The notes under the pieces are model-generated. The model was given only the letters and a program-made list of their open reading frames with translations. It made no database searches and was not told the DNA's origin. A stretch of 61,359 bases of DNA, filler included, from Asterionella formosa (lineage: Eukaryota), in NCBI GenBank assembly GCA_002256025.1. It is 6 parts of 6 records of this genome, joined end to end, with 100 filler letters (N's around TTAATTAATTAA, not from the genome) between each part and the next. Parts side by side here need not be neighbours in the genome. Positions count along the whole stretch, not along the records: positions 1 to 10,178 come from NKIB01009806.1; positions 10,279 to 20,432 come from NKIB01009812.1; 4 more parts are not named here. One strand, given 5' to 3'. The position numbers and the translations under genes were made by a program. Shown one piece after another: positions 1 to 11,617 of this stretch (position 1 is the stretch's first letter; every line of letters starts with the position of its first letter).

Positions 1-50
1 TTACTGGTAGTTTATAATGGTAGCGTCATTCAATTTCCGCCACAAAAATC

Positions 51-172
51 AGAATTATAACACGTTACTTTGTCTATGTCTAGAAAATTATTGGGTGTTT
101 GGTGCCACCTCGAAAAAAATGTACAGGTGGGTCCAGCAACCTCAGGGGGGTCCAGGACAATGAAGTATACGG
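51..172 (-). mobile_element. Terminus of a TA-flanked DNA transposon/MITE (Tc1/mariner/pogo-like, end CCGTATAC...)
   Basis: About 120 bp closely similar to the reverse complement of 30541-30663. Ends ...GAAGTATACGG followed by TA at 173-174. Confidence 0.65.
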
Positions 173-811
173 TATACTTATGTACCGGTACTGCCAGTGT
201 TCTTGTTGTCAAATGGACATACCGGTACTCGGAGTACATATCAGTAAGATTGAGTACTGGTATGTATTTGTTCTGACTGAGCGGGCAGAAGACAGTCTAT
301 TCGGAGACCTTCGCGAGTGCGCGACGGTACCTGGTAACGCTCCACGTTGAACTGAGATTTTTCAGATGCAAGCAAATTATTGAATAGAAAATATACGACC
401 TGAACGACGTCTGACAATATACTAACACCGCTGGTATTACTATGTGCCGGTATAAAAATTTTAAATAGGAGGCGTGTTAGCCGGAGAATTATGTAAAGTT
501 TAGTTGCAACGTTGCAACTACCGGTATATACCAGTGCCGTATCTGGTACCATGTACCTGGTACCGGTACACACATCAAACAGCACGTGATTGTAGTGTAC
601 CGGTAGTCTATTTATAAGACTTATATTTAGATGGCAGATGAATATCTTGCAAGTGACATGATTTGCTTCTACTATACCGGTAGTCAATCAATGTGACGAC
701 CAATTCGGTGCCTCAAATCTCCCGCCGATCTTGACTGCTCCTTTTTACCACCAGCTACGCTTGGACAACTTCCTCCATTGGCACATACAGTCTGCCCTGT
801 GTTGCTGTGTT

Positions 812-1987
812 ATGATGATTTTATTACTGCTCCCCCTCCTTGTCATGGCGCTGGAAAGCAAGATTCAACATGTTGACGCCTTTCAAACCAAGTCCATTAT
901 AGCTCCAGTGCAGCCTAAATACAAATCTTGTCAGAGCGCTCGTAGCGCTACTGCTTTTGGAGCGGATGATGCTTCTACCACGGTACCAAAAGCCCTTGAT
1001 TGGACGTTTCTTGACGGGATATACATAATCACCTGTCCAAATGCCGATCCAGGCTCTGCTAGACTGAACGAGGCCAAGCGCCTCTTATCGCAAGTAAATT
1101 TATTAGAGGAGCTGCAAGTGAAGTCATTCGCTACGGACGATGAGGACCGAATTCGAGGCTGCTATACATCTCACATATCGGTCATTCGAGATGCGCTCAG
1201 GGACTTGAAGAAATCGAGGCAAGAAGAAGGCAATCCTTTTCAAGCTTTCTTTTTACGAAAGGGCGAGCAAGCTAGTGCAGGTAATGGAAAGATTCTCATT
1301 CTCGAAGACAACCTTGCTTTGACTGGATCGCTGGATCAGTCAATGATTGATGCGATTTCCGCGTATGTCGAGAACGATACAAATTGGGACATGGTACATC
1401 TGTCATACATTCCATATGTTCCCAATCTTGTCGTAACTAGAACCGACAACGAAAAAATTGTACAATTGAGCTGCGGAATTGGATCAGCATTGGGCACAAC
1501 TGCCTATATAATCAACGAAGAGAGTATGAAAAGGGTACTTGCACAAGACGACGGACTAGGTTACTATGCACCAATTCCTGATGTTATGGCTGAGATCTTC
1601 CCCGATACTAGGTATGCTGCATTCCCAACGCCTTTCGTGAGAGCTCCAAAAACCAAGAGTCTTGTCAACCCACAATTGGATGATCTTCGCGAAATCCTAT
1701 TCCAACCGGTAGTCACATCCCAAGTTCAAAAAGTTCTTGCCATATCTGGCTTGAGCACCAACGCCCTCTTGCCTACAACTATTGCAGCGTTGCTCCTTCT
1801 CACCGCTATCTCAGGAAAGGAAAGTATTGATGCTGTCTGGTCAATTGTAACAACCGGCACGTATGATGGACCAATCATTCTTGTGGTGTTGAGCCTTGCC
1901 TTCACCATCTTTTCCTTGGCAGTTCTGGCGCAAGGTGCCATGTTGGCGCCGAAGTCTCCTCAGACAGCCGATGTTGTCAAGGAGTAA
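812..1987 (+). CDS. Glycosyltransferase family 25-like protein, predicted signal/plastid presequence and C-terminal TM helices
   Basis: Motifs IYIITC..RL, RGCYTSHI, ILILEDN, WDMVHLSY and GTTAYII match the GT25 pattern. ATG at 812 gives a hydrophobic leader MMILLLLPLLVMA...VDAF. Two hydrophobic segments lie near the C-terminus. Confidence 0.7.
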   Translation: MMILLLLPLLVMALESKIQHVDAFQTKSIIAPVQPKYKSCQSARSATAFGADDASTTVPKALDWTFLDGIYIITCPNADPGSARLNEAKRLLSQVNLLEELQVKSFATDDEDRIRGCYTSHISVIRDALRDLKKSRQEEGNPFQAFFLRKGEQASAGNGKILILEDNLALTGSLDQSMIDAISAYVENDTNWDMVHLSYIPYVPNLVVTRTDNEKIVQLSCGIGSALGTTAYIINEESMKRVLAQDDGLGYYAPIPDVMAEIFPDTRYAAFPTPFVRAPKTKSLVNPQLDDLREILFQPVVTSQVQKVLAISGLSTNALLPTTIAALLLLTAISGKESIDAVWSIVTTGTYDGPIILVVLSLAFTIFSLAVLAQGAMLAPKSPQTADVVKE

Positions 1988-2229
1988 AGGCAGTAGAGTT
2001 GGATCCGATCAAGTACTCCATGAACAGTAGTTAGGAGTAAGATAAAAACTTCCAATTCTGATAGTGAAATAATGAATCTCTACATAAAGAATGGGGGGAA
2101 CATACTGCAATTCTAGTTAAGGACGTGAACCTTCGAAAGTTAAAGGAATAAGATTGTTAACTTTCTACTAGAGGACCATGACACAATATGCAGGGATAAT
2201 TTACAGCATACACCCTTAAGGAGGAGTAT

Positions 2230-4048
2230 TCAACGTCCACTTTCCAAGATCTGGATGCATCGTTCGCTTTCAATTTCCAACAGCTTGTGACACCGCTTTC
2301 CTACTATCTTGGCGGTTCGGAGAGTTTCCAGGCCATTCAGCTCCAATACTCTCTGCAGAGCAAGGCTACAACATATCAGGCTGTTCAAGCACAACACAGC
2401 AATGTGCGAGTTACTGGGGGAATGGTCAGCTTCCTTGATTTCGTCAAGTAAAGTCGGGATAAGGCTACGATTGATCCAAGGATGCTCCCGGATGGCACCG
2501 CGAAGCAGATCTGCGTGTGCCGTTAACTCTAAGCAGTTGGAAAAGAGACGAAGAGCATGGTGATGAATCTGTTCGGAATAGTCGACTTCACCATTAATTG
2601 GAGAGTCGTTCAATTCTACAGTTTCGGTGTTTCGTTGCAGAAGTGCCTCAACCTCGTCTCGTAGATTAAACTTGTTGTCTCCGATAATAAAACAAATTGC
2701 TGCACGGGATGCTGTCTCCGGAGCAGTTTTGAACTGGTTCGTCAATAGGCAAAGATTCTCCATACCGAGTAGATTTGAGTCGCGTTTGTTGGATCGAAGC
2801 AGCGCGATTACCTTATCAAGCCCGAGGGAAAGATTCTCGACAGAGTTCTGCACTGGAAGAACACCTTTCAAACACAGCAGATCACCAACAGGTTGCAAAA
2901 GAAACGGAGAAGGTGCTTTCTTCGCCTGCATAGACACTTGTTTTCCTTCAGCCGCTCCAAGGATAGCGCGACAACTTCGCATGAAGCTCATAGTCTGCCC
3001 GCTTCGCTTCTGTACTTCCACAATCACGGGAGAGACACCCAATCCACCAGCATAAAGCCGGATTCTGAAACTGACAAAATCACTTGTGCGGCACTTCGCC
3101 TTCGCCTTATCGTATTCGGCCTCGATCGAAAGTTCGCGCATCGCATCAGAGATTCGTCCAGCAATTTCACAGGCACCGCTTCCATGTATCTCACGGTGAG
3201 TTCTCTCGAGAGGAAAATCAAGGGGAACCATTTGGAGGTCATTGTCGTTGATGTGCCAGTTAGAAGGTACTTCCAAGTGTCCCATCCACTCTTTCTTCAT
3301 CACTAGCCCATCACTCCTGTCTTCAGCATTTGTCGAGAAGGGTCCTGATGGGCGCGTCATGCCCTTGTGGGAGGGGGTTGCTGTCCATGATGGTCGTTGC
3401 AACTCGATCAGGCTCCTACCGGTAGGTCTACTAACGCTTCCAATAGCAACATGCCTACGGAAGCATAGATAGCATCAAAGTTATGATGACCCCAAATGAA
3501 AAATGAATTCCGAGGAACAAACCGGACAGATAAGTGACGTATGTTTAGCAGAACGTCGTTAAAAAGTAGTGTCACGCGTTGCCGGGTGATTAAGTTTGGA
3601 ATTCGGAAGATTACCGAGGAACATACAGAAAATAAGAAAAGAGGGACATATGAGTCAAAGCGACATTAAGCGACGAACTAAACTTTGTATATACAAAATT
3701 TTGATGGCCTTCAAAAGAACTTCCTAGATGCAAAAAATAAATGCTGAATGCCAAGACTGTTTCAAGGTGTGCAAGACGCGAGCTTTTCCTTCCGCAGCTG
3801 GGATTTCCGATGTATTGACCTCTTCAAACGAGCTTATCGTTGCAGGGCAGAACAACGTGGCCTTAATCCTCATCTCCGCGAACTGTTGGAGGATTGAAAA
3901 ACAGTGGGAAGGATGATTCTGGCACTTACCGCAGGACAGGTTGAACTTCTTCCAACTCGGCGTGGCGATTGATTTGAGTCTGAAATGGATTGTGCGCAAC
4001 TGAAGATTTTCTATCGTCATCGTACGTGATGTTATTGCTCTCCTCCAT
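2230..4048 (-). CDS. Uncharacterised ~447 aa protein with a KA1-like alpha/beta domain and helical C-terminus; exons 4048-3930 and 3454-2230
   Basis: Long ORF containing FRIRLY...VIVEVQKRSG..F. GTAAGT donor at 3929 and TAG acceptor at 3455 are phase-2 compatible (PVLR|HVAIG). The exon 1 assignment is inferred. Confidence 0.6.
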
Positions 4049-7000
4049 CGTATTGCATAGAGTTATGAGGTTGTATGGTCGGTTCTGTTGTCAGTCTCGA
4101 AAAGGGATCTGTTTGATGAAATATTCCTCGAAGGCTAACGGGTTTTGATGGAATATGGTAGCTGTAACAAGATACAACTCACTTCTTCTGCCTTCCTATG
4201 ATTGGTAACTCCGGAGTGCCAGATACAAAATGACATGCAACCTGGTACAGGTACCAGGTACATAGTCTGCCGGTAGCCAACGTGCAAGGGTAAATAAACA
4301 TGGTATGCATATGTACCATTCGGTGGAGTACCTGTTACGAGGGACCATGGTACCTGGTACCAGGTACTCCTGTAGGAATACTTATTACATTTACTTACAG
4401 CAGGTTTATATGGGTCAATACCGGTCATTATAAATACCAGTAGTCTACCTGGTTCCAGGTACCAGGTACGATATTTTTGATACACTCGGAGTACACCGGT
4501 ATTATCTTCATCAGCGTCCTCGTTTGTGGTTGGTTCGCTCAGTTGCGGGTGCTCCTGCGTAACTGCAAGAACCTGTATGATGTATGCACCAGTGTTCCCA
4601 TTGTAGACTGAGATACCTGGTACCTGGTACCAGGTACCAGGCACTGGCCAAGATAAAGGTAGTACGTGATATTCATAACTACAAATAGGGCTCCTCCATC
4701 ATCCATACCTGATTTAGGACACTAGCATGGTCGAGAGCACAGGATGGTGGCTCAATGATATCAGGTCTTTCTTCCAAACCCCTGTCTGAGCCGCAGACTC
4801 CTATATTATTTTCTCCCAAGTCAACGTTTACTCCAAGGCGAGGTCCACAAAAGCGTCAGCTACATTGTGATTCACATTTGGTGCAAAGGACTTGAACTTT
4901 TCCACGTATAGGCAGTAAACGATCCAGTTCTTGTGGGTAAGGTGATCTCGGAAATGTCCAATTCACTGACTCAAAAAGATTTCTGATGCAGAATGCAGGA
5001 ATTGAACCCGCCACTCTCGTAAACAACTAAACAATCCCCATTTTCCAAAAATAAGGTTATTTTTAATGGGTTTCATGTGAAGGTTTGACAGCAAACGTTG
5101 AACTTGAAACTAAATTAAGTTATTTTTTCAATAATTACTTTTATAGTACAACTGATACATTCTACTACTTTAGACACACTCCTCACCATGGTCCTGTGCA
5201 GTCATGCCTGGCTGGTGTGCAAGGAAAAGTGGGTTGCCCCAACAAGCAGCTTGTGCCACCTTCCTAGCAGGCAGTCAGAGTTTCCTAAAATGCTTTGGCT
5301 TAAATGATCACCTGTTGCGAATAATGGTTGGGGACTCACATAGAATGCTAACAAACCTACGAGGGAAGCACAAGTCTTAGAATACGGAAATGATTATTGG
5401 GCTATCAAAATTATACGCCATGTACTAGAATTAGCATCACATGAGTACGCACATGAAAGGAAAGAGTTAGCATGCATTCACCTGTACATACAAATACAGT
5501 GATGATTGAAATATACTTATGTGCATTGTTGATAAAATATGTGGAATCCTATGAGTAGAGGATCGATATTTTGAGTGACTAGAAGCCAAGACATCCAATG
5601 CCATTGTCGAAATGAATTGAGATGTTTATTTATTTATCTATTGTCAAAGCAAGCAAGATCATGTTGACATGATCAAGGAAAGTGTGAGATGTCTTGTTCA
5701 GGATGACTTGAGTAATCAGACAAGAACAAGACTAGCTAGATAGACTATTAACAGATAGCTCACACACTTTTTAGCTAAGTATAAAGGCAATCAAAATAGG
5801 GACTATATCAGTACAATTTCCGAGCAGCAAGGAATCGGCTGGTAGAGAGTCTACGAAGGTGTCCGGGTTCCGTCACGGGACTCTTCATCAAAAAGGCGCC
5901 ATCACCATGGCAAAAACGAATTCCCTCCGGTCGGTCAGAGACGACTCTATCAAAAGGACGACAACACCACTAACACATCACAGCTCAAGTAAAGCAATCA
6001 AAGGAACAGATGTTCTAACTGGAAAAATGAGGAAAGTACAGGCAATCACGGCTACAAACTACAATCGCGATGATGTGGAGGCGGTGATGATGAAACGATC
6101 AGAGAACATGGCTGTCAAGCTTGCCAAAGCTAGGGAACAGGCGCGCAAATACAACGAAAAGAAAGGACTTCCAACGACGCCCATCATTAATGATCCAGCC
6201 TTTGCGTCGTCGATTCTCAAAGAGAACAGACACCAAGGCACAGAAGCGCTCACTATGAATGAGCCATCATCACAAGGTCCAATGGATATTGATGCAGCAT
6301 CAAATGTTAAATCATCATACCATCATCAATCAGACAGCACCATCATGCTAGAATCGGTGGATGCGGCCGGAAATTGTCTAATTCTAGATGCAGATTAGGG
6401 AGCTACTGGCAAACCCATTATGATTTTTCCGAAGGACCACAAGCAGGCGGCGTTTTTGTGGGCAAATGACTTCTGCAAATAAAAAGTATCATGCATAGAG
6501 GATCAAGGGTGTTGTACCCTAAGTGGCACAGGATTTTCGTATACACGATAATTTTTGGATCAAAACTATGATCAAGGTATCCTATAACTATGATGATTTA
6601 TTAATATTTTACCAACCTTGAAGTATAATGATAATAAGAAAAGAGACTTATCATCACACAATGTATATCAACTGATCAACAACATTTCTCATCAATATCA
6701 TAAACCTTCTCATATTATTTTCACTTCTTGTGATTGCCAGATGTAAATTATTACTACAACACATCCTAAAATCAGCTCAACTCTATGCTATCATGGGAAT
6801 TGTTTCATCGTAAATCTATCTTAAAAATGATCATAATTCTAATCACAAGCATTGTTCAAAAAGGATTGGAATGGATCGTAATCAAATTAACAAATTTAGC
6901 AAGGATATTTCTGTTTCGACAGCTACCCAAGGAATGTTTCTCTCCTCTCCAATCGTCTCAATGTATATTCCTGTCTCACCCTTTTCTTCTTCTATTCTGA

Positions 7001-8156
7001 ATCTTGTGCAAAGCAGTGCCTTACTACTAATGTTGTGTCGTCTCTGTCCCTGCTGTTTGTGTCATTCTGAACTCGGCGACTATTCCATTGTTTGATCAGT
7101 TTTATTTTCCTATGCAGTTACATTAACAATGATAAGGAATGACTTGTTTGCTAGACATGTTACACTGACACAACATCACGCCATTCCATCGTATCCTCTT
7201 GCTTGCTTCACTTACCACAGCCAAATCAAAGCAAGTGATGCATAAGTCTGTAATAGTAAATTGTCAGTAAATTCTTGAATAAGTAATTTCAGGTTTCCAA
7301 TGTTGTCAAATATAACTTTCCGATTCATTTTCGTTAGCTTAACTTTGAGAGAAGGTAAGCATGGCGTGTCCGTCAGTTACTTTCCAACAGAAATGAATAG
7401 GTCCAACGACAAGAGCACTTACCAATTTTGTTATGTTTTACATTGGTGCTCCCCAACAAGCAAAACGAGCTATTGAATCAACTGAGAAAAAAAGACACAT
7501 GCGTTTAGTTTACAATTTGTTGTTGTCCTGCCTCCCAACAATGATTGTCATCCAAGTACCACTTTGATGGCTTAATTACCTTAAACATACTCCATCCTTC
7601 GAAGGCGCAATGTGTCAAAGCCTCAATGTTTTTCGTTATTGCATAAACTTTCCTTGTCATATGCTTTACTACGATATTTCTTTTCATGAAGCAGGCATTG
7701 TTTGTTAACATAACAGAATAATTTCAAATATATTTTCCATGTATATAGCTATAAAATTTGTAAATATATAAATATCTCAAGTGTCGTGCATCTATAAAAA
7801 TCAAAGGCGCTCTCAATATGGAACTGAGATGATCATATTCCCATATAGATAATTCGAAAATATTCAATGCACGATATGTCCATTGTTTTCCACGACTTCG
7901 TGTACCGGTACTGTTTTTTAGAAATTTGTTTGCATCAATATTTTCTATGTCCGTTGAAACTAATTATTTACCGGGAGACCATTCAATTGGTGTAAGTCAC
8001 AACCCATTTGTATCATCATTTATACGCAAGGATTTCGGTACCAAATTATTCAAGCCCCTTTTTTGGGCGGGATTTCTTCATGTGTACATCATATGACAAT
8101 AACATTTTATCATATATATATACAGAGTACCAGTAGCAGGTAGGAAGTGATATACT

Positions 8157-8388
8157 GGGGGTAGTCAGAGTAGTAAGCAAGCAAGCGAACACCATATGTT
8201 CAGGACTGTTGCTACTGCAGTGGGACAGTAAATCATCATAGTTTCATGATTGTATGGTCGTAAATTTGAAAGGGGGTAGTCGGAGTAGTAAGTGAGCAAC
8301 AGAACACCATATGTTCAGGACTGTTGCTACTACAGCCAGTGGGACAGTAAAGCATCATAGTTTCAGGATTGTATAATTGTATTTGAAA
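8157..8388. repeat. Imperfect tandem duplication, period ~115 bp, 2 copies
   Basis: GGGGGTAGTC.GAGTAGTAAG...GAACACCATATGTTCAGGACTGTTGCTACT...GGGACAGTAA starts at both 8157 and 8272. Confidence 0.85.
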
Positions 8389-10178
8389 ACAAGATATGCT
8401 ATTACTCAAACTTGGTTCTGAATTTGTATATGATAATGTAAATAGCACTGTTGGTCTTATGGTATCATATTTAGACAGCGTAAAATATTATATGTTGTGG
8501 CTGATGATTCATTTCATTATAGCAACACATGATTTTAAGATCATCGAACTTAAGCAAGACAACCACAACAATTATCTAGAAGTACAATGTCTTCAAAAAA
8601 CCATAAAGAGGTTCATGGAAACAAGCGACATGTGGCAAATACTGCTGGTATGTTGCAAAGAAGCAAGTACCAAAATGACTTAACAAAGAAAAAGCGAATC
8701 GGCGATTATCCAACAAAGGAACCCAATTGGCAACAGGGAGTTAGTGGGGGTACTACCCCATCATCGATGGGGACACCATCAGCTACTAGTACACAGGATC
8801 CCGTAATTGATACTGAAAGCGATGATGATGTTTCTTTTTCAGTTCTTGTTGAAACAAGAAAAATGGCTCCTGTCGATGATACCATTAATATCTCCCGGAT
8901 GCAGATGGAAGACATGCATGGTACCATATCATAAATTTTCTAATCGCACGGACCAACAAGTACATGACAAACTGAGGGAAAAACATTTCGCAGTTGCCAA
9001 AGGATATTATCAATTGGTCAATGAACGCAATCACTACAAAGATCATAATTCGGTTCAAAACTCGCTCGTCCATATGAAGTTATCAAGAATCTTCAATTTC
9101 AGCAGCCTTATCAGAACGTTGTTCCCGCTTAGCTAAAATTGAACCAATCCATCAATTGTCACAAAGGTTGTGAGTTCTATTTGCTTTCAAGACCAAGACG
9201 TTTTGTTTTGAACATTTGAACATGTAAGTTTGATCGTGAATTGCAGGTACTGTAAAACAGAATATCAATCTAATGTGATATTTTTTGGTCCCAAAAGAGA
9301 AGCAAACATCCCGCCCTATCTGGTCCAAGTAGTATGAAAGGCATTTCCAATCACAAACATGATTGGTTTGCCCAATGTTGCCTTATTCGGCTGTTAGGCA
9401 AAGAAGTGGAGAGTGACCCAGAGCTTGCCGATTTCACATGGAATAGTTCTGATGCACTACTTCCGATGAATCAGACCATTGAATGTATCAACAAGGCATG
9501 TTTAGATTACATCAAATCAACATTTGGTGGCATGTGCATTAAAAAGTTGAGGGAATTTCAGAATGTGCATATGGTGGTGGAGTGATAATTTCACAACTCT
9601 GTATTGCCCAGCACAGCATGATCGGAGTGATGCTAAATTTATTATAATTAATTCATTTTCATTCTATTCTGTTCATATCCTGACTTGGTCATCATTTGAA
9701 TTTTGCAATATTTCTTTGCGGACATTGCAATGGTGTTATCTGTGTAACAACAAATTTCGGTAGAACAAATCCCCATCTGAGCCTCACAATCGAAATTGTA
9801 GCAACCGTGTTTTTTATGCATATAGTCACTGTCGACATTGCATGCAAGAACATCGAGTTCCTGGAATACATAATGAACTTATGTATTGCGGCAGTGCATC
9901 AAATCATTCAAGCAAAGAAGTTAATGGCAGTGTAACTGCAGCATTTAGGGACATCTAAGACGCGAAATACGCCACTTTTCGAAATTTCGTCTACGTACGA
10001 GTGTTAATTATGTGGTACTTCACATGCATTAATGCCACTCTTTACGTAAAAAAGATTACTTTTAACGGTTTCATGTGAAGTTTTAACTGCTTCATGTGAA
10101 GTTTTCACAATGAATTTTGAACGCGAGACTGAATTAGTTGATGTTTCAAATAATTCATTTGACTTTTCGAAATTTCGT

Positions 10179-10278
10179 NNNNNNNNNNNNNNNNNNNNNN
10201 NNNNNNNNNNNNNNNNNNNNNNTTAATTAATTAANNNNNNNNNNNNNNNNNNNNNNNNNNNNNNNNNNNNNNNNNNNN
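10179..10278. other. Artificial scaffold spacer N44-TTAATTAATTAA-N44 (also at 20433-20532, 30687-30786, 40927-41026, 51146-51245)
   Basis: Five identical 100-bp spacers with stops in all six frames. The segments between them never increase in length. Confidence 0.97.
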
Positions 10279-11213
10279 GAAAATTCTAAATTCACCATGG
10301 AGCCAGTTTTGTTTTCTCTTGGGATTTTCCGTACAACTGTAAGGAACAAAGTCATTGCTTGGCGCCCCCTTGGTCTAATACCAAAACTTGATGGTCAGAG
10401 TCTTGCATTGAACAAAAATATGACTGCCGACGATAAGTGCAAGGATTATCACACAATTTTGGCAATTATATTGTCGGGAGTTCAAGAGACTCAGAAATCT
10501 GGTGGCTTCAAGTATAATTTCAATTTCCATGGCAAACAGAATAGCCTGGTTGTAAAGGTACCGGTCGGGTTGGTGCTTGGCGATGCGGAAGGATTGGACA
10601 ATCAGTGTGGGAGGATTAAATATTACCTGAAAACTTTTCGTCTCTGTTGGGAATGTGATTGTTCATACAACAAATTAGATAAACCATCAATCAAATGCTC
10701 TCCAGTAGGGCAAGTGGGTTATGCTGCCCTATTAGGAATGAATGACAAAACACTAATGGATGCCGTGTCACAACGTTTTATTACACCTTGCTGGTATGCG
10801 CTGGATTTTGGTGGAGATCCATTGGGAATCAATGGCCATTGCCCTCCTGAAAAGTTGCACTCAATACATGAGGGAATGATGCGTTATCTCATTCTTCTGT
10901 TCTCGGTAAAGTTCGGCACTGTTACCTCTGCTCAGGGGTTGAAAAATAGAACCGCTTTTGATACATTATTCATAAAAGTGTCAAAGATGATGCAACATCA
11001 AAGCGATCGGGATATGCCAAGGTGCAATTTTCATGGTGGATTCCATGGATGTTTTCCAAAAATAACAGGAAATGAAACCGTTGGGGTAATGCTTGTTGCT
11101 TTTTTGGTAATGGCTACAAACGCCGAAATCAAGCTTTGCAAGGATGAGGTTGGAATGTCAATGCAGGAAATAAAAGACATCCAAATAATTTTCGAGGGCA
11201 TGGTTTGTTATAA

Positions 11214-11450
11214 CGAATAAGTACGCTAGTGTGGTCGGCAGAACAACTTACATGGTGCACAAGGAAAGAAAGATAAAGGTTAAAAAGATAGACTTAAAGA
11301 TATATATACCTACGCCGTTCCAGCGCATTCGCTGCTCCAAGCTTGCACGCTGTACTATCGCTAAAGCACTCTAACGGCTAGTTAGTACCCTGTACCGTAT
11401 GACACGGTACGTTCACCCACGCGCCCATACTGCACTGCAATATTCGTTCA
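11214..11450 (-). repeat. 3' LTR of the Copia element (237 bp)
   Basis: Direct repeat of 17418-17635. On the minus strand it starts TGAACGAATA and ends CTTATTCG. Confidence 0.95.
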
Positions 11451-11617
11451 GTCCCCTCGAATACATGGGAGGTGAAACCAAACAATTATACCACTAAACA
11501 TCGACCTGGATTTGGTGCCACACGTCATTGCGTGCCCAGGAGGTAACCGGTGTCATAGGTTGTGACATCACGATGAACCTTGGCTTCAATCTTCGACCCA
11601 CTGTGATCCAACAGCCA

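Noticed and set aside
4135..4644. 169-aa ORF with repeated TWYQVPG
   Set aside because: The peptide repeats are just translations of the TA-CCWGG arrays. The same applies to ORFs at 23347, 26986 and 55478-55967.
5859..6398. 179-aa ORF (also 8587-8934 and 20297-20432)
   Set aside because: Low-complexity with no recognisable motifs. Possibly TE-derived or truncated genes, but I cannot support a call.
10223..10234. TTAATTAATTAA recurring every ~10.2 kb
   Set aside because: Assembly linker inside N runs, not biological periodicity.
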